From a virus (Duplodnaviria > Caudoviricetes), in the IMG/VR virus record IMGVR_UViG_3300033121_002300, positions 1 through 64,000 of that record: 64,000 nt of DNA, one strand, 5' to 3'. How positions within the stretch are numbered: position 1 is the stretch's first letter; every line of letters begins with the position of its first letter. Both the position numbers and the translations under genes were made by a program. This document shows positions 9,752-18,906 of this stretch, one piece after another. The notes beneath the pieces were generated by a model. That model did not search any database. It saw only the letters and a program-made list of their open reading frames with translations, and was not told the DNA's origin.

Positions 9752-10819
9752 TTGAACAAAAATATACTTAAAATAGGTACTGCATTTTCTGGTATAGGAG
9801 CCAAAGAACAAGCTGTTAAGAATTTAAATATACCATATAGAATAGAATTTGCTTGTGAAATAGATAGATTTTTTAGGACAACATATCTCAATAATTATTT
9901 CCCGCTTAAATTTTACAACGACTGGTTTAATATCTCCTCAGATTGGAACGAATTACCAGATGTTGATTTATTTATGGCAACAATTCCAAATAATATGCCT
10001 GGAGATTTTTCCAGAAAAAAATTTGAATATATAAGAGAGAAAACATTTAAATCAATACACGATTATCTTAAAGCAAAAAAACCAGATTACTTTATAATAG
10101 AAGATACCCCTAAAATAGCAAACTTATCTAAACATCAAAGCGTGTTTGGTAATTTTTTGGATTATTTAGGAACGGAATTTGAAGGTCAATTATCAATGTT
10201 CCCAAATGAAAATGCCTTAGATTATGGAATAAGCTGGAGAACACTTAAGAACTGTGATTTTGGAACACCCTTAAGACAATCAAGATTATATATAGTTGGC
10301 GTGAAAAATAATAAATTCACATTTCCCAACCCTAAAAAAAAGCATATTTTCGTTAAGGATATATTAGAAGATTTACATCCTGTATGTGAAAATACCAACA
10401 GTAGTATTTGGTTGAAAAAAAAAATATCAAATAAAATCTTAGACACCTTAAATATTAAACTCAATATTAATGATGGATTATTGTTAAATGAAATAATTGA
10501 ATCTACAGATAAATCACTAACAGATAAATCAGAAAATTTTTTAAAAAATAATCACAAGGTATATTCTGTAGATGGGTTATCTCCATCATTTACAGGTAAG
10601 ATGTCTTTAAAACAAAATAGGTGCGACTTTGGTATTTTTTTAGTAAAAAACAGATTAAGAGCTTTAACTGTTTTAGAGGTATTTAGGTTAATGGGTTTTC
10701 CTGATGATTTTAATAGACCTAGAACTAAACTTCAAGGTTATCGTCAGGCAAGTAATAGTAGCTGTGTTCCTGTTTATGAATCTTTGATTGAACAGATATT
10801 AAAAATGAGGGATAAATAA
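9752..10819 (+). CDS. C5-cytosine methyltransferase-like protein lacking catalytic motifs
   Basis: Motifs I (FSGIGA), II (ACEID), IX (RALTVLEVFRLMGFPD) and X (QASNS) present; PCQ becomes PNN, ENV becomes EDT, QxRxR becomes LRQSR. Confidence 0.8.
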   Translation: MNKNILKIGTAFSGIGAKEQAVKNLNIPYRIEFACEIDRFFRTTYLNNYFPLKFYNDWFNISSDWNELPDVDLFMATIPNNMPGDFSRKKFEYIREKTFKSIHDYLKAKKPDYFIIEDTPKIANLSKHQSVFGNFLDYLGTEFEGQLSMFPNENALDYGISWRTLKNCDFGTPLRQSRLYIVGVKNNKFTFPNPKKKHIFVKDILEDLHPVCENTNSSIWLKKKISNKILDTLNIKLNINDGLLLNEIIESTDKSLTDKSENFLKNNHKVYSVDGLSPSFTGKMSLKQNRCDFGIFLVKNRLRALTVLEVFRLMGFPDDFNRPRTKLQGYRQASNSSCVPVYESLIEQILKMRDK

Positions 10820-11733
10820 TGGTTAAAGTTCACGGTCAAGAAGAATCAAAAAGAAAAAAGAATAAATCGAAAGATAAAATAGAAGAAAAAAAAAATATAG
10901 AAAAATTTTCTGAGACTGAATCCAATGAAGAGGTAAAGTTAGAAAAAAAAAATAAGAGTGAAAATAAATTTTCTGAAGAAGAATTGAAAATAAAGACATC
11001 TATATATGATACATTGATAAGTTCTTCATATATAAAAAATTCAGGTTTACCGGGTGATATCTTTGATTCAATAGCAGAAGATATTGCTGAAAATTTAATT
11101 ACCGGATTAAAACAATCCGGATTTAATATAATTAATAAGGTTAAGTTAGAAGAAATTCAAAACACTTTACTGAAACTAAATAGCAATCCAATTGACAAAA
11201 CTAAAATAATAAAGGAATATCTTGATAAACAAGGTAATTATTTAATTTCAGTAATTAATGAATTATTTCAACATAGTCATAAATTCTATGAATTAGACTT
11301 CAATCAATTTGTTCCATTTGAAAAACCTGATTTAGTAATGAAAATGAAGGATGAAGATGATCAAATAGTAATAGCCAGTAATGAAGATAACACAAAGGGT
11401 TTATCAACCTTTTCTTTAATATCAACAATTACTGATATTATCATGCAAAAAAGAATAGCCTTCAATGTAGATGAAGAAACCGGTCAAATATTAGGAATCT
11501 GTTTCTGGAAAAATATAAAAAGTGAATCTTTAAATAAAAGACTTGAATCAGTGATTGAGTTGTTAGAAAAAAATAATAAAAATAAAAAAACATCTCCCAA
11601 TTCAATTAAAGCTAAACACCATTTAGACAAAATAACTGAAGATCAGTCTGAAAAAAGAGAACTTCTTGATGAGTTAATTAAAATAACAATTGATAGCATT
11701 AAAATTATTAAGGAAACAGAAAGTGAAGGATAA
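10819..11733 (+). CDS. hypothetical protein
   Basis: 304 aa; K/E-rich N-terminus; TAATG-coupled. Confidence 0.6.
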   Translation: MVKVHGQEESKRKKNKSKDKIEEKKNIEKFSETESNEEVKLEKKNKSENKFSEEELKIKTSIYDTLISSSYIKNSGLPGDIFDSIAEDIAENLITGLKQSGFNIINKVKLEEIQNTLLKLNSNPIDKTKIIKEYLDKQGNYLISVINELFQHSHKFYELDFNQFVPFEKPDLVMKMKDEDDQIVIASNEDNTKGLSTFSLISTITDIIMQKRIAFNVDEETGQILGICFWKNIKSESLNKRLESVIELLEKNNKNKKTSPNSIKAKHHLDKITEDQSEKRELLDELIKITIDSIKIIKETESEG

Positions 11734-14422
11734 ATTAAATCTTAGACCTTATCAAATAGAATGCGCTGAAAAAATAATACAGTCATATAATCAAGAAGAA
11801 CCGGGGGGAATTGTTTATATGGCCACAGGGCTAGGTAAAACAGTTCTTGCAAATGAAGTTATAAGTAGATTAAATGTAAAAACTTTAATATTAGTCCACA
11901 AAAATGAATTAGTAAATCAATTTATTCAAAAATTATTATTCTTTAATCCTGAAATATCATACGGAATAGTAAAAGCTGAAAAAAATTTACTTGGAAATAA
12001 AATAACAATAGCATCCATTCAAACCCTGTTAGGAGAAAGAAGACTTCAACAGGTGATTGATCATGGGCCATATGAATTAATAATAACCGATGAATGTTTT
12101 ATAGGCTCAACTTTAATTGACGGTAAGGCAATTAAAGATTTAAAAGTTGGAGATTATGTTAATTCATACAATCATAATACTGATAAAATTGAAAAAAAAC
12201 AAATTACATCAACATTTAAAAATAAAAGTAAAATTTTATTAAAAATAATAACAAGTAACGGAACCATTTACTCAACACCAAATCACCCATTTTGGAATGG
12301 TTACTATTATATTAAGGCTAAAAAACTAAAGAAAGGAGATTTCTTATATGAACAAAATATTTTGTCATCACTGCCAAGCGGAAACAAGTCTACAGCCACA
12401 TATAAAGAAAGTAAACTACGGAATAAGCGAACAAATGTACAAAGATCTAGGTTACGCTTATTGTTCAATAGAATGCCAAAAAATAATGCGAAAACAAATA
12501 AGATCTCAGAAAATGAGAGAAACAAATTTAAAAAGAAGGGATATTATTTCCGAAAGAATGAAAAAACAGAACCCAATGTTTATAGAAGAAATAAGGTTAA
12601 AATCAAAAGAATCTTTAAAAAACATAAAACACAAGCCTGTAATTCAAGGTGGAAATGGAAAACCTTCACCTATCCCTCAGCAAAAGCTGTGGGAAAAATT
12701 AGGAGAAGGATGGACAAAAGAATTTGTCGTGTCAAAGATAAAACAATATGGGGAACAGTACCCAAGTTGTTACAAAATAGATATAGCAAATCAATCTTTA
12801 ATGATAGCGGTAGAAGTAGATGGAGGGAGCCACAACTCATTCGCAAGGAAGCAACAGGACAAAAGAAAGGAACAATTACTCAAACAGTTAGGGTGGAAAG
12901 TATTAAGATTCTCAAATCGCCAAGTAACAGAGAATATAGACGAATGTGTCCAGACGGTTATGTCTATAATATAGAGGTGGAAGATAATAATAATTACTTC
13001 GTTAACAACATATTAGTTCATAATTGCCATCATTACTCTGGAAACGAATGGGCTTCAGTATTAAGTAAATTTAATGGATATAAACTCGGATTAACAGCAA
13101 CTCCAAATGGATTAGGTGAAAATGACGGTGAAGTTATATATAGATATACCATATTTGATGGTATAAAAAATAAATATTTATGTGACATAAAGGGCATTAA
13201 AGTAAATCTTGAAATAGATTTTAGTAAGGTTAAAGAATACAAAGGAGACTTTCAGGAAAAATCTCTTTGTGAACAAATGATGAAGCCAGAAAATATGGAA
13301 GAGACATATAAAGCCTGGGAAAAACATTGCCAAGATAGAAAAACAGCCGTTTTTTGTGTTAATGTAAAACACGCTCAAAGTTTAAATGAATTATTTAGGA
13401 ATAAAGGAGTGAAATCTGATGTCGTAATAGGTGAAACACCTTTAGAAGAAAGAGATATTCTGTATAATAAACTTGAATCAGGAGAAATAAAGGTGTTATT
13501 TTCTGTAAATGTAATGTCAGAAGGATTGGATTTACCGAGTTTGTCGGCAATATTAATGGCAAGACCTACTCTTTCAGAGACTTATTATATCCAAGCGGTA
13601 GGAAGAGCTTTGAGATTACACCCAAACAAGAAAAATGCCTTAATAATTGACCTAGTAGGAAACTCAGAGAAGTTCAGATTAATCCAACTCGGTATACTTT
13701 TTGGAAAAAAACCTAAAAAAGATAAGGAGGCTAAAGCTAAATTAAAAGATTTAGGATTAGAAATACCCGAAATACCAGAAGAAATAGATAGTGTATTAAG
13801 TCTAATTGCCAAAGAAGAAAATATATCACTGGAAAATACTCAAGATGGAAGAAAATTTGAATGGGTTGATGTTGATGGTAAGTTTGTTCTTACTATGGGA
13901 AATGATAAATTAGGCTTTCTTGTTATCGAAAAAGCAGGCGAAGACTTTAATTCTTGGAGAATAAAGAGATACTATAGCCAAAGTTGGAGAGATAAAATTG
14001 AGACATTAGTTGACGACCTGCCTTTTGATTGGTGTATAAGTATTGCAGAAAAAGAGGTTGAGAGATTTATCGAAGAAACAACTATTCCTCTTATATCAAG
14101 AGACTCAAATTGGAGAGATCTTGAACCTTCCTATAAGCAAATTGAACTGTTAAATGAATTGGGTTGTAAAGATATACCCAAAACAAGAGGTGATGCAACC
14201 TCGTTGATTGTTAAATATACAGTTAAACAAAAACTAAATGGATATAATGCCGCATTATCAGACCAGTCATCAATTAAAGCTCATGCAGCAATAATAAAGA
14301 TGCACAAGAACAATGAACTTAATGTTAAATTGGGTGACTTTGAACCCGATAAGCTATCAATAAATGAAGTGAATAGAATCAAATTCTTCCACTTCTACAA
14401 TCAAAATAAAGTTAAAAAATAA
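11723..14422 (+). CDS. superfamily 2 DExH helicase (type III Res/UvsW-like) with intein
   Basis: LRPYQ (Q motif), MATGLGKT, ITDE|CH after splicing, LTATP, SEGLDLP, YIQAVGRALR; likely GTG start at 11723. Confidence 0.9.
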   Translation: MKDKLNLRPYQIECAEKIIQSYNQEEPGGIVYMATGLGKTVLANEVISRLNVKTLILVHKNELVNQFIQKLLFFNPEISYGIVKAEKNLLGNKITIASIQTLLGERRLQQVIDHGPYELIITDECFIGSTLIDGKAIKDLKVGDYVNSYNHNTDKIEKKQITSTFKNKSKILLKIITSNGTIYSTPNHPFWNGYYYIKAKKLKKGDFLYEQNILSSLPSGNKSTATYKESKLRNKRTNVQRSRLRLLFNRMPKNNAKTNKISENERNKFKKKGYYFRKNEKTEPNVYRRNKVKIKRIFKKHKTQACNSRWKWKTFTYPSAKAVGKIRRRMDKRICRVKDKTIWGTVPKLLQNRYSKSIFNDSGRSRWREPQLIRKEATGQKKGTITQTVRVESIKILKSPSNREYRRMCPDGYVYNIEVEDNNNYFVNNILVHNCHHYSGNEWASVLSKFNGYKLGLTATPNGLGENDGEVIYRYTIFDGIKNKYLCDIKGIKVNLEIDFSKVKEYKGDFQEKSLCEQMMKPENMEETYKAWEKHCQDRKTAVFCVNVKHAQSLNELFRNKGVKSDVVIGETPLEERDILYNKLESGEIKVLFSVNVMSEGLDLPSLSAILMARPTLSETYYIQAVGRALRLHPNKKNALIIDLVGNSEKFRLIQLGILFGKKPKKDKEAKAKLKDLGLEIPEIPEEIDSVLSLIAKEENISLENTQDGRKFEWVDVDGKFVLTMGNDKLGFLVIEKAGEDFNSWRIKRYYSQSWRDKIETLVDDLPFDWCISIAEKEVERFIEETTIPLISRDSNWRDLEPSYKQIELLNELGCKDIPKTRGDATSLIVKYTVKQKLNGYNAALSDQSSIKAHAAIIKMHKNNELNVKLGDFEPDKLSINEVNRIKFFHFYNQNKVKK
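12095..13024 (+). mobile_element. 310 aa intein in helicase motif II
   Basis: CFIGSTLI (A), STPNHPF (B), VYNIEVEDNNNYFVNNILVHN|C (F/G); splicing restores DECH. Confidence 0.9.
12348..12974 (+). CDS. DUF559/Vsr-like endonuclease nested in the +1 frame of the helicase intein
   Basis: AAGGAG RBS upstream; N-terminal CHHC..CSIEC zinc finger; YKIDIA...IAVEVDGGSH...QDKRKEQLLKQLGWKVLRFSN. Confidence 0.85.
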   Translation: MNKIFCHHCQAETSLQPHIKKVNYGISEQMYKDLGYAYCSIECQKIMRKQIRSQKMRETNLKRRDIISERMKKQNPMFIEEIRLKSKESLKNIKHKPVIQGGNGKPSPIPQQKLWEKLGEGWTKEFVVSKIKQYGEQYPSCYKIDIANQSLMIAVEVDGGSHNSFARKQQDKRKEQLLKQLGWKVLRFSNRQVTENIDECVQTVMSII

Positions 14423-14447
14423 TATTATAAAAAAGGTAAAACAAAAA

Positions 14448-14924
14448 ATGCAAAATGAAAAAGAAAGAAGATCAGATGAAGAATCAGAAAATATTTCATC
14501 AGAAGTTATAGTTGCCATGAACGGACCTGCAATGGGAAAAATAACTGAAACAGTATTCAAAAATAAAGACGACATACCAGACTTTAAGGGCTCTAAAATA
14601 AATCCAGAAATTCAAAAACTATACACGGAAGCTCTACAGAAATGCATTAAAGGCTACGTTCAGACAGGTAAAAATCAAATCATAATCGTATATTCAGGGA
14701 TACAGGGGATTAAATTTGGAACAGGGGTCTATGCATCAGAACTTAATGAGGAGCAGAGTGAAATTTACATTGTAGAGAATATAATAAAAAAAGCCAAGGA
14801 TATGACGGTCAATGAAATTGTTCACGTAGCGAAAATAAATAAAGGAATAGTTGAAATGGATGGAATCCCATCTATGAAAATAAGGAAGTTCGGAAAAAAT
14901 AATTACAGAATACAGGAATTATAA
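14448..14924 (+). CDS. hypothetical protein
   Basis: 158 aa ORF, co-oriented with neighbours. Confidence 0.6.
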   Translation: MQNEKERRSDEESENISSEVIVAMNGPAMGKITETVFKNKDDIPDFKGSKINPEIQKLYTEALQKCIKGYVQTGKNQIIIVYSGIQGIKFGTGVYASELNEEQSEIYIVENIIKKAKDMTVNEIVHVAKINKGIVEMDGIPSMKIRKFGKNNYRIQEL

Positions 14925-14929
14925 GATAA

Positions 14930-15220
14930 ATGATTAAATACCTATCATCAATTTATTTTTCAAATAGAGAATTGCATGAGAAGTTTATTAAATTTATAGA
15001 TGAGAATGATTTTTCTCCAGAAAGTGATATTTTAATTTATCAAGAACAAACCAACTTAGTAGGCGGTCAATTTCCATCAGAATTAACTGTAACCTTTATC
15101 CATAAAGGAGCATTATATGTATGTTACATAGGTGGTAAATATAAAACAGGAGTAGTAATGGTTAAAATAACTAAATCAAATTTGTTCAAATTATTTAATG
15201 CAGGTAAATTAGATGGATAA
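14930..15220 (+). CDS. hypothetical protein
   Basis: 96 aa ORF. Confidence 0.55.
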   Translation: MIKYLSSIYFSNRELHEKFIKFIDENDFSPESDILIYQEQTNLVGGQFPSELTVTFIHKGALYVCYIGGKYKTGVVMVKITKSNLFKLFNAGKLDG

Positions 15221-15458
15221 AATCAATATTCTTAACCATCTATTTAATCTTTTTGTTAATAAATCAATACCAGAATATATCCTAATTAATTACATAAATA
15301 AATCTCATTCTTTTTATTTTCTGGAGCTTCAAGATTTTATATCAAACAACTTAAAGGAAGAGTTTAACTATCTAACCGGTTATGGAGTAATTGAATCCGT
15401 TGAATTACTGTATAAATCAGCGGTAGAAAACGGTAATATAGTGGAAGAGGGGATATAA
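15213..15458 (+). CDS. hypothetical protein
   Basis: 81 aa ORF, 8 nt overlap with the upstream gene. Confidence 0.55.
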   Translation: MDKINILNHLFNLFVNKSIPEYILINYINKSHSFYFLELQDFISNNLKEEFNYLTGYGVIESVELLYKSAVENGNIVEEGI

Positions 15459-15479
15459 GGTTAATTTAAAAGTATATTC

Positions 15480-15490
15480 CGGCATAAGTA
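15480..15490 (+). promoter_or_regulatory. YGGYATAAGTA motif, copy 1 (candidate phage promoter)
   Basis: Same motif at 24413-24423 and 24699-24709, each 31-49 nt upstream of an ATG. Confidence 0.5.
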
Positions 15491-15538
15491 TATTGAAGAG
15501 GAGAACTTCCTCTATTATATATAAAAAAGGAGAATATT

Positions 15539-15886
15539 ATGTCACTTCTAAAATCAAACTTTATAGGAAAAGGTAAACAAACTGCCCCAATTCAGGCCCC
15601 AGCTTTTGAAATGAACTTAAACCAAAATATATCAGGACACATAACTCAGGAGCTGTTAGCCCCAGGGGTAAATCCTGAAGATTCCAAGAGAAAAAAAATA
15701 GCAATGGCGGGGGCTGCCATTGCAGGCGGAGGGATTGTCTTTGGCTTTTTCAGCGAGCTAGGAAAAATAACAGCTAAAGCTGCGATAGGGGCAGCTGCTG
15801 GAGCTGCAAATTCAGTAAAAGAATATCTCCAAAAGATACAGTCCGAATCTACTGAAAAGAAGGAGGAAACTCCTGCGGGAAAGTAG
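15539..15886 (+). CDS. Gly/Ala-rich, probably membrane-associated protein (short form)
   Basis: AGGAG RBS; AMAGAAIAGGGIVFGFF and AAIGAAAGAA segments; ends GCG GGA AAG TAG. Confidence 0.7.
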   Translation: MSLLKSNFIGKGKQTAPIQAPAFEMNLNQNISGHITQELLAPGVNPEDSKRKKIAMAGAAIAGGGIVFGFFSELGKITAKAAIGAAAGAANSVKEYLQKIQSESTEKKEETPAGK

Positions 15887-16089
15887 CAGAGCCTTGTATT
15901 CTCGTAGCGGAAGAATACGCTTCACCTGAAGAAGATTCCTCCGTTACCATTCTTCAAGAAGTTGATCTTCAAGATCTTCAGGCATATGAAGCTCAACCTC
16001 TTAAAGAAAAAGAATGCAAGGAAAGCTCATTTTCCTTGTCCGAAGACAAAGAGAACGAGCTTTTGTTAAAGCTAAAAAAACTAAAATAA
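15877..16089 (+). other. candidate programmed -1 frameshift site and 68-codon extension
   Basis: G GGA AAG at 15877-83; AGGAGG 10 nt upstream; -1 frame open to TAA at 16087-89 with no usable start codon of its own. Confidence 0.65.
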
Positions 16090-16090
16090 A

Positions 16091-16123
16091 AAAATCACAT
16101 CACACTAGATGTGATTTTTTTAT
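16091..16123. terminator. bidirectional intrinsic terminator
   Basis: AAAAAATCACAT-cacactag-ATGTGATTTTTT directly after the -1 frame stop. Confidence 0.8.
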
Positions 16124-16166
16124 TTAACTATTTCATATTTACAAAAAGATTAGGAGAGATAATAAG

Positions 16167-16640
16167 ATGAAATACAGAATCCATTCATATCCTATAGTTC
16201 GGGTATCCATAAATGTCGAGGCTGATAATCCACAACAGGCGATGGATAAAGCATTAGCTTCGTTGGACTTTAATGATGTCTTTAATAAAGAAGAAGCGGA
16301 AGCTCAAGAGCATTTAGTTGTATGCTTCGCAGATGAAATGTCCGGATACGGATGTGTGGATGAAGATGATTGCGAGGACGGAATTATTGAACATTCCGTT
16401 GAGCAGAATTATAGAGGTAGTAACTCAATATCAATAAATGAAAACAAAATAAGAAGCCATACTGAAAAGAAAAAATCGCTAGAAAATTTAATTATTGAAT
16501 CAAAGGAATCTAATGACATAAAGGTTGGTATAGTTTTACTAAGTGAATCGCCTTTCAATGAATTTATAAATAACCTAAAAAAATTAGGTTATAAAGTAAA
16601 AAGAGAAGGCGATATATTCAAGTTATATAATGAGGAATAA
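16167..16640 (+). CDS. hypothetical protein
   Basis: AGGAG RBS; 157 aa. Confidence 0.6.
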   Translation: MKYRIHSYPIVRVSINVEADNPQQAMDKALASLDFNDVFNKEEAEAQEHLVVCFADEMSGYGCVDEDDCEDGIIEHSVEQNYRGSNSISINENKIRSHTEKKKSLENLIIESKESNDIKVGIVLLSESPFNEFINNLKKLGYKVKREGDIFKLYNEE

Positions 16641-16655
16641 GTAAAAGAGAGTCTT

Positions 16656-17144
16656 ATGAAAAAACTAGATTTGGTTTCGAGAATAATAATAGCCAAAGAA
16701 ATAAACAGAAGAAAGAAAGAATTCAAGTTCATGCAAAGAAAATTGGAAAAGAATTTCCCTAAAGAAAAGATACCATTTCCTGAAAACCCCTCACCGGAAA
16801 ACATAATAAATTATGGCATTTCTAAATTTTATAAAGAAAGAATAGTAAACAGAGATAGAGAAATGCATGTAAATAATATAAGAAAATTATGGAAAGAAAT
16901 AAGCACACTTCAAGCACTTGCTCAGATTCAAAAACCTTATATTTTTTACGTACTTGAATATAATAATAAAAAATATGTATTAACTCCAGATGAAGGAAAT
17001 AAGATTGAATCAAAAATATCATCAAAAGAAAAATTAGATTATTACGATCACAGCTTATTAGAAAAAAGAATAATGTACGATGAAGAATTTTTATCTAAAC
17101 TAAATTGGTATACTAATTTACCAATATTAGAAAAGATATTTTAA
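16656..17144 (+). CDS. hypothetical protein
   Basis: 162 aa, basic. Confidence 0.55.
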   Translation: MKKLDLVSRIIIAKEINRRKKEFKFMQRKLEKNFPKEKIPFPENPSPENIINYGISKFYKERIVNRDREMHVNNIRKLWKEISTLQALAQIQKPYIFYVLEYNNKKYVLTPDEGNKIESKISSKEKLDYYDHSLLEKRIMYDEEFLSKLNWYTNLPILEKIF

Positions 17145-17170
17145 GAATGTAAAAAGGGATAAGTACTTTA

Positions 17171-17539
17171 ATGTTTAATGTTGATAATTTTTATTTAACC
17201 ATCTTGGATAGACAAACCCTTAAGTTTAAAATAAACATAACTGATGGATACGGAAATATTCATAAATTCAACCCATCAAATCAGTTATCAGGTAGAATAA
17301 AAGAATTAATTAAGAATGATAAACTAAATGAATACCAGATTTTAAAAAAGTTAAATACAAAAATTCAAATAGAAATAAATCTAATGGTAGAAAAAATGAA
17401 TAAAGAACAACTTCAGGATCTTGAAAGAGAGAAAGAGTTCCGTGATAGACATTATGAAGAGCCTGATAATTCGGATTATTACTGCCGGGTTGATAATTAC
17501 AATGAGGTAGATGATACGGAGACTTCCGATGAACAATAA
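17171..17539 (+). CDS. hypothetical protein
   Basis: 122 aa with an acidic tail. Confidence 0.55.
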   Translation: MFNVDNFYLTILDRQTLKFKINITDGYGNIHKFNPSNQLSGRIKELIKNDKLNEYQILKKLNTKIQIEINLMVEKMNKEQLQDLEREKEFRDRHYEEPDNSDYYCRVDNYNEVDDTETSDEQ

Positions 17540-17816
17540 AATAGGTAATAGATTTCTACTTAAAGAATTCAATAAGAAAGATAAGTACGCTTTCTATGAA
17601 TGTGTAAGTGTAAGTGATTCACATGCATTACTCAAAAAGGTAATGAAAACAAAATTGTCAAAAAAAAATTCAGTTAAAATATCATTAAATGAATTGAGTA
17701 AAAAGCAAGAGCTTAAAAGAAATACTGATGATTGGAATAAACATTTTAATCAAAGTGATTTTTATTCTGATAAAAGTTTCAGGTGGTTAAGAAGGGAGGG
17801 TAAATTGTTTGGATAA
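17511..17816 (+). CDS. hypothetical protein
   Basis: About 95-101 aa; real start probably MNNKIG. Confidence 0.5.
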   Translation: MIRRLPMNNKIGNRFLLKEFNKKDKYAFYECVSVSDSHALLKKVMKTKLSKKNSVKISLNELSKKQELKRNTDDWNKHFNQSDFYSDKSFRWLRREGKLFG

Positions 17817-18906
17817 TATTAAGAAAAAAACAATAACATTAAAGATGTCATACAGAAATAGCTCAGATATAATGGAATTCCATGTTCCATTAGAAGAATC
17901 TTTAAATTATTTTAATTTAGATGAGCTTTCTGAATTAAAAGAAAAAATAGAATATCAAAACAGAATAAGAGATTGTAAGGTTTTAGGAAGAGAAATTAGC
18001 AGATGCCATCCCTATGAATGGAAATTAGGCGAAACCATTAATGATGACTGCATATTTATTAATGGTAAACATACTAAATATAATATGTGGTTTGACTCTA
18101 TACCTGATGTTTCTTTCCCTAAAGGGACGCTTAAATCAGATATAGCTAATTATATTTTAGCTTTAACTGGATTATCAGTTCCCGATCTAATGAATACAAA
18201 AACCAATGAATTAAGTTTAACTTATAGTGGATATATATTTAAAGTTAACACGGAAGAAATTGAATTAGAAAATCCAGAAGATCAGGTGACTTGTAATGAA
18301 ACCGGTTTATGGTTATTTAAAGAATTAGCTTATCCGGCTGATTTATTTGATAGACCGTATCAAGTTAATCCAGAAGTGCATTATTTCTTAAACGATTTCT
18401 TTTATGACTGCTTCATTGGTCATGTATATTCCAAAGATTTTGGATATGAATATTGTGAGGGATGTGATAGATATATATGTGAACAAGATCCTTCTTGCGG
18501 TTGGACGACTCACTTCAGAAGCATTGATGAGGAAGGTTATTATCGTGAATGCCTAAAATGTGTAAATGACAGAATGGAAGAAGGTGAATTCTCTAAACCG
18601 GAAATATTCGGAGAAGAATATTACGGAAAAGATAATGATGATTGTGTGGAAATAGATGGTAAAAAATATAAACCATACAATAAATCAGTAAAATTTCCCG
18701 CAAATTTTGTAACCCCAAGAGATGAAGCGGGCTATGAAATAGATGAATCATTCTCATTTGTGAACCATCATAATATCAAGAAATTAAATAAATATTGTCT
18801 GGAAAAGATAAAAGATAATTGTCTTATAATAATACAATTAAACCATATGTCTATAATAGGAGATGAGGGGTATATAGACTTATGGATTAAAAAAGGAGGT
18901 AAATGA
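17809..18906 (+). CDS. hypothetical protein with two CxxC pairs
   Basis: YCEGCDRY...ECLKC; 365 aa, acidic. Confidence 0.65.
   Translation: MDNIKKKTITLKMSYRNSSDIMEFHVPLEESLNYFNLDELSELKEKIEYQNRIRDCKVLGREISRCHPYEWKLGETINDDCIFINGKHTKYNMWFDSIPDVSFPKGTLKSDIANYILALTGLSVPDLMNTKTNELSLTYSGYIFKVNTEEIELENPEDQVTCNETGLWLFKELAYPADLFDRPYQVNPEVHYFLNDFFYDCFIGHVYSKDFGYEYCEGCDRYICEQDPSCGWTTHFRSIDEEGYYRECLKCVNDRMEEGEFSKPEIFGEEYYGKDNDDCVEIDGKKYKPYNKSVKFPANFVTPRDEAGYEIDESFSFVNHHNIKKLNKYCLEKIKDNCLIIIQLNHMSIIGDEGYIDLWIKKGGK

Noticed and set aside
15884-15910. Stop-codon readthrough or recoded genetic code at the TAG
   Set aside because: Frame 0 hits another TAG within 7 codons, and long genes across the window decode cleanly with code 11; the -1 shift explains the data better.
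17157-17166. GGGATAAGTA as a fourth copy of the cassette promoter motif
   Set aside because: Degenerate, and only 4 nt from the ATG, leaving no room for a TSS and RBS.
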